Origin: Marsupella aquatica
Taxonomy: Eukaryota; Plantae; Marchantiophyta
Length of the DNA: 64,000 nucleotides
NCBI GenBank assembly: GCA_973895155.1
Contig: OZ316891.1
Location: 18,471,987 to 18,535,986, forward strand
Direction of reading: 5' to 3'
Part shown: positions 38,830-51,736 of the stretch, one piece after another
Numbering within the stretch: position 1 is the first letter of the stretch
Layout of the letters: each line of letters starts with the position of its first letter
Notes under the pieces: generated by a model
What the model saw: the letters and a program-made list of their open reading frames with translations, nothing else
Database searches by the model: none
What the model was told of the DNA's origin: nothing
Position numbers and translations under genes: made by a program

Positions 38830-39095
38830 AAGGGTGAATATGATTGTAATTAAGTTGTATAATTTACATGAAGCGGGACATGAAGGAGGTGAATAATTAC
38901 TCTTGCTTAAATTGGTTACATTATGCTGACACTGTACATGGATGATATGCTGATCCTGGCGTTTGATGTTGCCAATCTGCAAACAATGTTGAGTAATTAA
39001 AGAGTTTTGAATGAAGGACTTAGTAAGCTAGGCCAAGAAGATTCTAGGGATGGAGATTCATCTGATAGGGAGAAGAGACAATTATGGTTGTCTAC
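38830..39095 (+). pseudogene. Ty1/Copia reverse transcriptase relic
   Basis: Frameshifted translation gives LYMDDMLI (YxDD), F.MKDL and AKKILGMEIH.DREKRQLWLS. Confidence 0.72.
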
Positions 39096-40319
39096 TTCAA
39101 TTGCCAAGTATGGGATGGAGCTCGGGGTGAGCGGGCGGTCACTTCCACAAATGTTGACATCATGGATGTGTGAACAAAGCAAGGGGTGAATTAAGTACGA
39201 GTAAGTAAGGGGGTTGCAATTCAAAAAGTGCCTCTTGTCATCACAATCATGTTTCATTCCCGTATTCATTGCTTGCCATATGTCAATAAATGATTGGTGG
39301 GTTTTTTGAGCTTCCCATTCCTTTTAGAGAGAGTGGTTAAATATAGGGGCATCTGCACAGGGTATACAAGAATTTCATAAGGTGAACCCCCCGAAGGCTG
39401 GAGAATGCAAAATCACTTGGTACTCCATTGGGTTCCCTCTTCTATTGATAGTGATCCCGGTGATAGACTACCAATGAAATTGGTTTTATGTATGCGATGA
39501 CATGCACTAGACCAGATATTGTCCACGCTGTTACCATTTTGAGAAAATATATGGCAAACCCTGGTTAACTTCATTAGGAAGTAGTGAAGTGGGTTTTGCG
39601 TTATCTGAAAGACACCTTAGATTGTGGGATTTTATTTGATGCTAAAAGAAACTCTAATCTGGAGTTAGGAGGTTAAATATGTAGATGTCGGGTGTAGATG
39701 CAAAAGGTGGCTTTAGAGGAGAATTAATGTAACACAATCTTGATTACCAAAGTTTTACCTAAGTAAGTATTGGTAACTTTATACATTGTGTGGATATGAT
39801 TAATGTTATACAAGCTAGGCCAAACAAAAGACTATGTAGATATATATGTTATTTAGTTCTCAATTTAAATATATATTGCGTATCACCTGATTTGTTTAGG
39901 CCCACACATCTCAGCCCCCCGGGGGGTATAGGTTAGAGGGAGATTCTGATATTCAGTATGAGTTTGTCCACTCATATATGGTGTCTTGTACGTTGCTGTA
40001 GTGTATCATTATATGTCTTGATCGAGTGTCCTCTCAGGTTCTGCATTTGCTGTCTAGTTTGAGCCGACGGTTTCTTACTGACATGGTAAGCACTTATGAA
40101 GTTGTTGTTGAGAGAAATGATTTTAGCCCACCCTGTGCGCACTTGGAAAAAAATGCTTATGTCGTGTTAAAAAAAAGGGAAGAACAGGATAACCTCCACT
40201 AATCCCCCCACTAATAGAGGGTAAACTGTTCTTAATATGGAGTGTGCGCTTAGAGAGAGTGTAATTTGTCACATGTGATAGTTTCAAATGCTAGCATGGA
40301 ATTAAATGAGGCACCCCTT

Positions 40320-40560
40320 GGATCTGATGCCTGTAATGCAATTGGAATGCTGTTTTCAAGGTTAAAACTTGTGCACACACTCAGGATATGATGCTCGTAA
40401 TGCAATTTATTGGTGTTTTTGGAGGTGGTTATGTGTACGCAACAAACCCAACATGCAATACGTACGCCCAGAGGATCATTCTGATGCTTGCAATGCAATT
40501 GGTTTGTTTGGAGGTTATTATGTATACACAACAAACCCAAAATGCAAAACGTACGCCAGT
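40320..40560. repeat. Tandem ~90-bp repeat, 2-3 degenerate copies
   Basis: GATGCT.G.AATGCAATT...GGAGGT..TTATGT.TAC.CAACAAACCCAA.ATGCAA.ACGTACGCC is repeated. Confidence 0.75.
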
Positions 40561-43500
40561 CAAGGGCCATTTCTGTTAACGGACTGGTTAGGATTAATTA
40601 TTCATACTTTTGCAAATTTATTTGTAGGATTGAATGGCCTGCATCTAGTCCAAAGGTGGGGATGTTCTAAAGGTGACTTTACAAGAAGGTCGGGTCAATT
40701 TTACAAGAAGCTGGGGTCAATTGTTTGCTCCCAGGTTAAACCTGGACTGTAAAATAACTCAATAAGTTGGCTCAAAAAAGAACCAGGACAAGAACTTCAG
40801 GAGGGGCTGGTCCAGGTATGGTGTAAACCTACCCACTCTACATAACGAGTAGTCCGTGGGCCTGAGTTATTTCCAAACATTATTTAGGTGCTTGATTCAA
40901 GATCGAGATTTGCCTTTATTGATACTTCATCAAAGATTTCTGGTGCTCGGTCAAATCTTTAGAACAAGGAGTGACCTCCTTCCAGACAGTTTGCTTTGTT
41001 GGCCGGGAAAAAAGGTCACAAGTGAGCCTACTTCATGATTGTAAAGCCTGGGGTAAAGCTTAGGGAAGACTTCGAGAAGACTTTGATCGATAGGCAAGAC
41101 CGGCACTCAAACCCCAGCAAATTTTCAATAACCTTAGCTGTTGCAGTAGAATTTTAATTGATGCCCGCGACGCTTACTTTCTGGCCGATGAACAGCGATC
41201 GGTGACAAATGAGTGGGAAATGTGGCCAGTGTGTGAAGCTAAAATGATGGACCAAAGATCGAGGACGCAGTTAGAGCTCAAACCTTTTCCGGGAACTTTC
41301 CAATTCTACGTCCGCGTTCATGGCAGTCATAGAGTTGCTTCGTCAGTCACCCCGATCTAGAATCATTTGCTACTCTCCATTCTTTGTATCTCGTGTTAAT
41401 CCAGTTCGACTCTCAGTCTCTCCTCGATCTGAACTTCACTTACAGTATGCGTTCTAGCTAGAGGTGTAGATCGATATGTAGAACGGCGAAACTGCATTAC
41501 CGTAGTCAGCTGGTGGTGGTACGCTACTGGAACGTGAGGTGGGAGGGAAGCACAAGGTATGATTAATTTCTAACTTCCGCTCGAAATTAAGAGCACGACT
41601 GTGAAGTGGACTCTCAATGGCAATGAAGAGGATGATGATGGTCATTCTGCGTACGTAGGCAGCGTGTCTGCCGCTGGTCGAAAGTTGAGCACCACGAGCT
41701 TCACGTTGGTGCTGGGGAAAAGTTCAACGAAGTTGCAGCTCCAAGTCTCAGGGCTATTGAGGCTCAGCCAGGCTCAATAGGGTACGTTATTGACGCTATG
41801 CAATTGCGGATTTCTCTCCTCGATCAGGCTAGCATAACCATAAAGTTCCTCTCGACCCTGGCTAGCTGCGCCCCGGCGACTCAGAGCTAAGCGATTACGT
41901 AGCTTCACCAACAATATTTGCCAGTATTTGGCGAGGGGGATGAAGCAGAGCAGCATACCAATATCACAGCTTCCTAGCTTCTGAGTAGCTGGAAGTTGCA
42001 TGTGCAGGCTGGACTAGGTGACTGAGGACTGATCATGGGCATTACAAATAGGAAATACAAGCACGTCCAGGCGATGCAACTTCACCAGGACATCACACGT
42101 ACATGATGATAAAAACATTGTTGCCAACTTTCTGATAATATTGGAGCATATATATAAAGATGCCAGTGCTGTCTATCAGATATATTGCGACAACTAGCTA
42201 GCGTGGGCGACGAGTGGAACAGAATGTTGCGACCTATATGGAGAATCGCATCAATCAATGTACGTTTCTATGTAAGTCCCATCAGAAATCTGTTGGTCAG
42301 TGCATCGTTCGGACAACCAGTTCAGATCAATCAGGAACTAAGTTTGATTTTCTTTCTTGAGCAGTCTCCAGTCTTCTGACGACATGGGCAGACTAAACAA
42401 AGATCCAGTAAAGTTGATCGAAAAGGTCATCATCTTTAAAACCTGAACTGGGATAAAGTTTCTTGAAATAAAATATCCAATTCAGACTAAATCAGTCTAA
42501 AGTTTAGGAAAACCAGTCTTCGCTCTGTTCACTCAATCGCATGGGCCGAAGACTATAAAGAGACTTTGAAGAGTTTCCCTCGCCCGTTATGTCGTTATAT
42601 ATTTCTTATGCTCTACGTCACGATCTGCCCTCCTGTGCAAAGAAGCTAGTTAATAACAATGTAGTTCCCTCCTCGTCACTCGGTGATTTCTTAGGCTCCT
42701 CGCAAATAAGTATCCAAGATTCTTGCATTCTACTGTTTTTTGAAGAATCGCATGCATCCTACTTTTCAATCTTGTCTTACATAGTCCGACTCACGTGATC
42801 TTTTTAGATATTGACGCAATCTGAAAAATATCAGTTTGGACAGCACAGTACTAGAAAGAGATTTCAAATCCTTGACGTGGTACGTCTGATTTTGGCCTAT
42901 AAGCGCCGTCCATAGCTCCATCTCTGCCAATTATGGATGTAGAGTGTCGATCACTGTTTATGTGCTTCGACAGTACTAGTATTCGACCACATGATCCGAC
43001 TCGAGATAAAATCGAATTCGTTTTTGGTCCAATAGCAATTAATCTAGGAGGCTAGATGATGACACCCATGCCTGATACTGGAAGTTGTCAGTTGGCATAA
43101 CAATGGACAAATTGTCCACAATTATGAAGCCTGTGAGTGAAGGTTCTGAAGGCCTTGCGTCAGTTATCGGGACTTAATATTTGGCAGTGGCTTTATTGGG
43201 CCTCACAGTCCACTCTGTCTCATTCGCTAATCTGGTTATTTTGCGACTCTGTCTTCATTGCTTCAGCCCCATGCCAGGCCAGAGTGCCAAGCTTTCTAGC
43301 CCGAATTACTGCACAATCCTGGTCACTCGTCTTCTAGTTTCGTGCCGGCGTAGAAGACAGACACATGGGATTGTGATCTAGATAAAAACGGTCCACTTAG
43401 TAGCAAATTTGAGTATGAGTGAGCTATTGCAATGTCAAGCGCGGCGATGTACGCAGAATACAGATGACTGGAGGATTAATTGTTGCCAAACCATTATTAT

Positions 43501-43828
43501 CAATATTATGTGATTAACTGCCACACACATAACTTGAGACAACCAACGTACACTCGACAAAATAATCGTTTTAATTCAAATTCATCTCAATGTATGCGAG
43601 ACAATCGAATATGCACTGACGTTCAAATGTACAGGGCCACCAATTGTTTTTCACCAAAGCTAAACAACATCTACTTTGTGACTTTCTCTGCAATATAATA
43701 TTCTTAGCCCTGGGCTCATATTCTGAAACTCCTTAAATGTGTGAGATGCAATAAATTTTGAAGTAGAGATTGATCATCAGGGCGATGAATCTTGTCATGT
43801 TAATGGTTTGGATTGATTCAAGTTGAAA

Positions 43829-46800
43829 CTACTCTGGCAAGATGATTGGAATCCTGGTATTAGCAAAGGAAGGGGTCGCAAATGAATCAGAAGATGTCAA
43901 TATTCTGAAGAGACCATCGGGATTGTCGGTGTGTACCTGCATAGCAACATCAATGCACATGTCAGAAAGACCCAAATCGGATGGCCTTCGAAAACATAAC
44001 TTAGTGAGACGGTGAAAACAGATCATAAAGACAGCAGGACTTCTACTTCACGTTCTACAATTGAAGGCTGATATATAAACAATTTGAACGAGGTCTTGAA
44101 ATTCGAAGTTAAATAAGCTGTGTAGGCACGTACCCAGTGACCACATTCTTCTAGGTGGTGCATTTTGACACCGGCACCTTCTCTGGAGGCTATCCTCTCG
44201 GCTGTACGAATGCGCTCTACATCAGCATGGTACCATGTGTGCAAACTTCTCTCAGCTCTTAAGAATTCAATGTGAACACCCTCTGGGACACCTTCGACTA
44301 AAGGCCTGCATGGAAAAATGTCATTATTTCCTTGAGACAGTACGTGATCAGCTGTGCAAATTCGAGTCGATCTATCATAATGCACAGTACTGATATTGAT
44401 CAATGTACTGACTGCCACATGAAAGTACTTACCACAGGTGGTCTGTGTGTATGACCGGTACATGTCAGAAACTCCTTCTAGATCGAACACCCAATAAAAT
44501 CCAGTGGTCCCTTTCACAGGCCGCAGATTTGTGATCATCCACTGGTTCACACAAATGCTAAGGTCAGGTGCTTTCCTTCTACTTTGTGAGTGGAAATTCT
44601 TCATCAACCCGCACCAAGGTACGAATTCTACAGTACTGCTATGGACATCAAGACTTCGCTGTTGAATTGACATGCACGGTGCTTTCTAAAGGAGTACCTG
44701 GGCGATCTTGTCTGAAAAACCTTTGTGCGCTAAAGCATCTGCCACTGCTTTCCGTGAAGAAATCTGCGGACACCGAAATGCATCAGTTTCGGAAACATCT
44801 CGAAATTTACAGGGTCCGCCGTCCGCCCAAATGACAAAGAATCTTAATCTATGCAGTTCGATCACACGACTCAAATTTCTCGGACATGTATAGCTACGTA
44901 CCACAGCTGGCATTTCCTGGAGGGCTGCAATCAGCTCTTCGGGGTGGTCTGCGTCGTCTCCCCCAGAGTAAACCTTACCCGGAGTTGCATCTAAGACCCA
45001 AACCTGGAGGACGAATAATCACTCACGATTACATTTCTAAAGAGACTGATCAAGCAGACCATATCGACCCAGTTATGGACATAGAAACGTACCCCAAGGT
45101 GATTTCTCAAAAAGCTCCAGCTGCCAACATCTAATCGATTGATTTGGACACTATTTGGACGTAGATTGGAGATGTAGCAACAAAGAATGCTTGAGGAAGA
45201 CTTCTTACTCGAACAGGTCGTGCAAGGGGTTTCACAGCTTGGTCCACCATACTCAACACAACTGCCAATACAGCAAAGAAAGAAGACGACAGAGAAGCCT
45301 AGATCAGAAATGTATGCCGATTTGCGTAAATCAACAGAGCCCACTCCAGTAGAGTGGTAGAAAGTGTCTCGACTGTCACTAAATTAAACTCGATTCATTG
45401 ATGGATCCAACGAGATGATCCAAGGTCTTGGTCATCCTTGTATTGGAATCAAAACGCAAATCTAAGTATGCACCATCTTCAGTATATACGTATACACCGG
45501 ACCTTTTCCGCCAAAGCTATGGCCGATGAGGAGTCGAGGAGTCAATTTCAGCTCTCCGACCTGCAAATGAATACAAATGACGTTCGTTGATTACTTGTAA
45601 CTTTGGCAACTTTGATCTATCCTAACACTAAAGAGGAAAACTAAATTGAAGGTAGAAGTCTGACCGCTTTTGTTTGCACCAACGGACACGATTGACGTAG
45701 TAATATGGGAGATGAAATGCAACTTCAAACTTAAGATAGAGCCCGAAACTGTACAGTACATAATAATAAACTATTCAACGTCCACATGCACAGAGGAAGA
45801 GAGAAGATTGACTGTACCAATTGCAGCACATCTCTGGCTGCCGATTGCACAGAGTGTGGTCCCTGTTTTGACAGGAACGTCGAATCTCCATGACAACGTA
45901 GATCGACCATCAAGAACTGTCGAGGCACATTTCATCTCAATTAGTGAAGGAACGACCAAATCTGCTCGCTGTTCGAGTGAACGAGAAGAATAAAGTTCTG
46001 CCCGAGCCAAATGTGAGCTCGTGTCCTACCTCTACCTATCTGAGGCCCTTACACGGAACGGCCGATTGAATGCAGAGGATCTTTTGAACTTTGGACGGCG
46101 ACGTCATTGCAAAGAAAGAAAGAAGGAAATAAAGAAAGGTGATCATCGAGTCATTCACTAGTACTGAGTACCTACCAAGTCGGAAACTCGAGGGCAAGCC
46201 TCCGGGTAAAAGAGGCTGCATTGGCATTTAAAGCAAATTATTGATCAGCACCCATATACGGGAGAGGATGATAGATGTACGTATGAACAATATTATGTCT
46301 TCAGTGCTCCTCAAGGAAGAGATAGATGGACTAAATGCTCTGGAAGCCAGCACGGATTAGAACTGGCACCGGAACTGGCTGCACGATAACTTACCCCAGC
46401 TCTTCCGGGCTCCCAGAATTCCATGCACCAAAACTGCAGTTGGTGTGTCAGGCTGTGTTTTGTCCGTGGTATCGGTCCATCTCCTCGCCTGGTTATGACC
46501 ATCATATTTCATACGAATTGATGCTCTGAAGTGTCAGCTGTAAGTTATATATAGACAGACCTATGTACAACTCTCAAGTGATCGAATCAAATGGATATAG
46601 GCGCTGCTAAATTCTGACTCCCTGATTGACTATGCAGACGACCCAGACTTGATGATCAGATCTACTTTTCAGACAAATGAAACTCAGAAGGTGAGTTTCC
46701 AGCGACTTACCTTAGCGCCTTGGACGAGCTCGATCATACGCCTGCAAGAAAACAACAGCACTATTCAGTCTGTGAGAACGTATGCGTGGCAAAGCGGCCT

Positions 46801-47476
46801 CACTGGTACATGCTTCAATTCTCTCTAAAATTCTGTTGTTATTAGTAATTGTGCTGTTTTCAGAGTTGCGCAAGTTGTCGAGCCTACACATGTACGTTAC
46901 TAAGTTTCAATCAGATATCTAGACAATAATGTTTTCAGAGTTATTAGCAACCCATGGAACAGGGAATGATGCCATTTCCTACCAAGGTCTTTGTCATCGT
47001 CTTTCCAAGACGTGGCCCGGCAATTGTAGGCCTGTTGTCGATCAAAGTCATCTCTATCCTGCTGACACCTCTCCGTGTCCTCTTCTCTCCATGCTGTAGC
47101 TGACATAACTCTGAAATGTCGCCCTGTACAACAGCAACGTACGAAGGTTGGACTTACTATCAGTTTGCCAGGTCCTGCACTAATTAGACAGATCGATCCA
47201 CCCGCCTTCCCTATAGAATGGCTTCTTGCCCTTGCGAAATCCTGAATAACTCATACCGTCTACCTCCTGACTAACTGATCGACGTTGTTTAGATTGCATG
47301 CTCACCGATAACTGCTTTTTAACTCTGAATGTAGATGCTCCCAATCTACTGGAAAGAACGTTTCTCCGTTCCTGTCGATCACGGCCACTGGGCTCGTTCC
47401 TTGCGCAAGCTCGTGTAAAGGAAATTCTTGAAGATAGGGAAGTGGCACTTAACGCTATAGTCGTTGTCATAGCCAT
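43829..47476 (-). pseudogene. ABHD11-like alpha/beta-hydrolase with organellar transit peptide, ~13 exons, apparently disrupted
   Basis: Exons translate to MAMTTTIALSATSLSSR (transit-like), PTAVLVHGILGARKSW, FLMVDLRCHGDS, LIGHSFGGK (nucleophile elbow), VWVLDATPGKV, WMITNL..WVFDLEG, FLRAERSLHTW and GHWVHTDNPDGLFRIL. Lesions: +4 nt in exon 46711-46741, TAG at 46172-46174 and a 1-nt phase defect near 44435. Confidence 0.85.
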
Positions 47477-49724
47477 TTACGTAAATCGATGAATCAAAAT
47501 TAACAGTCTCGGTCCCCTCAGATAACTAGTCTTCTGATATGACGATGAGCAAGCCGACGAGTTCTCAGAAGAAGTTGCTAGCCAGGAAGAGCTTCAGAAT
47601 AAAGTCGATTAGAGGCGTTACTAAATCTCACTTGAAACAAACTGCAGACCACCAATTTCACCGTACCCTCAGGAGAAAACCCCGCAGTAATTATCTCAAG
47701 GCCTAGCCTCCAAATTTGTGAGCGGTAGTGAAGCATTAACAAAAGTACCTGGAGTGCACAAGGCTGGACTTCCTAGACTACCTTTGAAACTCTGATCCTT
47801 TCGCTTGCCTTCGAACTCCAATCGTAGCCAAAGTAAGGACCTGTTTCAGAGGGAGTACGTGCTGACGGATCGAGAGAACACGGGGACCTGATTCCAGGGC
47901 TAGGCTTGTGGAATGGGAGCAGTACGTGGGAGCTAGAATCCAGCGGAAGTCCTAAGCTCCCGATCGAGAGGTGAGGAGAATGAATGATTGAACCACCAAT
48001 TGAGTCTTATAGTGAATCGTTCAAATGGGTCGAGACCCAACTCACAGGGATGCCTAGAAAGATCCAAAGAACAAGCCAAGTCAACTTGAGCTCGTGGCCG
48101 GCTACGTTAGTAACTTGAGTTCGAGGCTCTATTCTCCTGCAGGTCGGGGCCAAGCCAAGCAGCATCACCACAATACAGATCACCAAAATCAACCAACTGA
48201 ACCCATGCACGTCCACTCAGACCCGGATGGTCGCCTAGACATCACCACCGTTTCTCCAATTAAAGGAATCTGTCGCGCGAGAGTTATGTTTATTCATTAA
48301 TACATAAACGAGCATGATAGAGTCATTACAAGATCAGATCATTTTGACACACCATACATCCCAAATCAGATACCTGTACAGTGATATACATTTGGTGTGG
48401 TCTTGCTCTTGTCTAGAGGTTTTTACTCTAGAAGCCTAGACCTCAAGTTTCATTTATATCCATGAATTAGTAATAAAAAGTGTTCTATGACTCTTTTTTA
48501 ATTTGCAGAATAGAAGCAGGACTTTCACGCTAATCGGTTGCTTATCTAATTAAATGAAGGAAGGATCTACAGTCGAGATCTGGGCTTAGACCATTTATCC
48601 TGTCTTAAGTGAGAAGTACTGAAGAAATATGCTCGATTACTTATTGTTACTTTCTCATGAATAACACATTCATAGAATCCTACTCGACATCCTACTTTAT
48701 AAGGATGATTTTTGTTTACCTCAATCTTTTTGTAACAGAAGTACAAACTAAGGGGGTACACAATACTTTGCTGCATTTTATTGGTCAATAAACATGACTC
48801 AATAGAGACCAAAAATGGAATTGAGACCACCACTTCCATGGAAGGCACATCACTTGCATGCGATGAAGATATGACCATTTAAATGGATGTGGCGGAAGAT
48901 TTCCAAGGTTTTGTGAAATAACAAATACGACATGTTTTATTGATTGATTAACTTTAGAGAATAAATGAGCCTTATTAATTGTAAAAAATCATTCATTGAA
49001 AGTTTTTAGAGGTTGCAAAATTTAATGAAAAGAAAAGCCTTACCAAGAAAAAATCACTTATAAGTTAGGGGGTCAAACCTTAAAAAATATCATGGAATGT
49101 ATGGCCATCCATATAATGACCCATGGTAGCCATCATGTCCTACCATTGATGGTAATGGCTTTATGCAAATTAGAAAATAGATCATATATATTAATGAAAG
49201 TATTAAGAAAGGGGTGTGACTAGACAGAGTGAAATGAAAAAAGGTCATGTAAGGGCCGGGGGTTTCAGGTATTTCAAAAATGTAAAAATACCAAAAAGGA
49301 TATCCTCGTAGGCCTTCATTTACATTAAAATAGTAATGAAAACTGTGAGCTAGCCTAAAAGACAAGAGGATTGCCACAGAGTATAGCAATGTCCCCTAAA
49401 TTCACTAGCTTCTCCCGGCCCTTCTCTCTAGCTTCCAGCTAAGATAACAAAAAGGCTGCATGCAAGGGGAGTCAATTTAGAAGATTATTAGAATATTAAG
49501 ACTTCAAACATTTTCCTTTTCACTCGTTTCCTTTGTATTCACAGCCAGGGTCAATTCAGTCTGTGGTGGCTTTTGGGGATAAATAGACTCCAAAAAGTGT
49601 TGACCTACGGTTGATATATGAACTAGGTGGTGACATGGGTTTAGGGACCCTAAAATAATTCCGTATCCCCACCTTGTCTCTAATGCTAGTGGTGCTAATT
49701 TGGTGATCGAGAAAGTTTCTAAGT

Positions 49725-51369
49725 ATATATACACACTTTTTATATACAAAGGGACCAAACAGAGTACAAATGAACAAACAAAAGAGGGCCCAAGTGGCCA
49801 AAACCAATCGAAAAAGAAGTGAGCAAAAGGGAACCACTAAACACCAAGAAAGAGGAACTAAAAGTAAGAAATGAACAATAGGGAACCCCTAAAAACCAAG
49901 AAAGAGAGAGAGACTAAAACTAACCCAAGCGGACCGAGGTCCTCATCATTCCTACCGATTGTGGCAAAAAGCTAATGGTCCACATCAAGAGTCAAAACTA
50001 GATCGGCAAGTGGGATTGGAACATCCTCAAGGGGAGCTAGCCGCTGCGGAGGCACACTAGCACCCACTGTAAGAGATCGACGATAGATGGCCCAAGCTTG
50101 AGCACGCTGTAAGGTGACTGAAATGCGTTGGCGAAAGTGCGTGGTCAAAATGGAAAGCGGGGGTCCGGTGGGACCCATTCGGCCATGAACATCCCGGGCA
50201 GCTTGCCGAAGAAGCCCATCAAACTGAGGATGAAGACGCCCAAATAGCTCCACAGCAAGGGGGAGGAAGCTATCGGATGAAGCTCGTGCAGCATATTTGG
50301 CCTCCTTCGTTGTTGCCGCACGTGACGCTGCTGCCCCTGCCGTAGTTGCCGCTGTCCCAATGATGTCTTGGCGCAATGGGTTTGCCACCACAACATCTGC
50401 CAAAGTACGTTGACCCTCACGGACCATGGTAAGATCCACCCGTAACCGCTGTGATGGAGAACCTGAGCAGTCGCATCTTGCACAGCGTCGTGAACTCGAG
50501 TACGACCTCCCGCCGCACGCATACCAAAGAGCCAGAGAGAACCTGAGCAGTCGCATCTCGCACAGCGTCGTGAACAATAATGGTTTCACCTCCCAAATTG
50601 CACCGAAGAAGATGGACACCTGTGGCATCACAAGGCTTCCCACAAGTGCAAGAAGGAGGTAAACCTGCAAGAAGTGGGTGGGGCAGCCCCAGACGAAGAC
50701 GCATGGCTGTGGAGAACTCCGTTGAAGACATCCGCAAATGAGGAATGACTGGATTGGCCTGAAGCCATCCACCTGCGCCCTTCCCTCCGGAAGAAAGAAT
50801 CTGAGCTCGGTCCGTGTCAGGTGCCTCGGAGAGGATGCTGGAAAGGGTGAAAGTGTGCATACGCCCAGCGAGGTCTGCCTGAAGACGAACGGGATCCAAG
50901 GATAAAAACTCCTGGAAAGAAGGTAACGCGGCGCGAACGGGATCTGGTAATGAGGACCGCGCTGCGCGCAAATGAACCTGAAACGGGAGGGAACCCTCCT
51001 CTACCTCCATGAGAGATGAAAGTAAAAAAGGGCAATCCTCAATAAGAAAACGATCGGCCAACAACGAGAAGGCGGCCGCCCATGCACCCAAAAAGGCCAA
51101 AGGTGCAAGGCTCTCAATGGAAGTAAGCCCAAAACCACCCTGCGAAATAGGAAGACTGAGTTGTCGATGAAGCCACGGAGATGAGAGCAACGTACCCGGA
51201 CCTAAAAGAGAGGCCAGGGTCTGACGAATGGAGACATTAAATGCTCGAAGGTGGAGACAAAGATCCTCGGTATGGGGATGCGTCCTAGCCAGATAAGACG
51301 CACGAGGGTGGATGCACCTCAACAATATCCCAAATGCTGCCTGAGAATCTGCTAACATAGGGAGCATAC
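49725..51369 (-). mobile_element. 5'-truncated non-LTR retrotransposon of the RLE (CRE/SLACS-like) type
   Basis: Motifs: QLSLPISQGGFGL; GAGGWL..P....MSSTEFSTAMRLRLG; zinc knuckle CTCG..DATGVHLLRC..HDAVRD; RLE RVDL..ADVVVANP..AA..K..KY..FLPLAVELFG..RISVTLQR. A 9-bp TSD TTTCTAAGT lies at 49716-49724 and 51370-51378. The 3' end is GTGTGTATATAT. Confidence 0.88.
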
Positions 51370-51694
51370 TTTCTAAGTCACAGGCAGATAGTTTGGAGAT
51401 TTTACCTCTGATTTTCCTTTTATTCCCTTTGTATTAAATAGCCAGGCGCAATACAATAGGACATAAAGTTAGAGCCATAGCAAAAGAAAAAATGGCATCG
51501 GTTGTTACCTCTCTCCCAATGTCTTCCACTCCCTTTTAGAGCAAAGGTCGATCCATCTGCTCCAGTCCCGGGCTCGGGTATCCTCTTCCTGGCTTTCCCC
51601 ACTTTACAGTATGGCATGGAACAAATTATTTTCCCCTTAACCTGTACAAAGTGGTGACTTTCTTGCTCTAAGTAAAATTTGGGTGCATATCAAA

Positions 51695-51699
<5 letters not shown>

Positions 51700-51731
<32 letters not shown>
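51700..51731. repeat. (TA)n microsatellite
   Basis: About 16 TA units. Confidence 0.95.

Positions 51732-51736
<5 letters not shown>

Noticed and set aside
41454-41645. Possible small secreted peptide (hydrophobic N-terminus, RKL, PPP)
   Set aside because: The hydrophobic stretch is short and there is no recognisable CLE/CEP/PIP/IDA motif, so support is insufficient.
48007-48216. Hydrophobic ORF resembling a signal peptide
   Set aside because: No in-frame ATG before the hydrophobic segment and no family motif.
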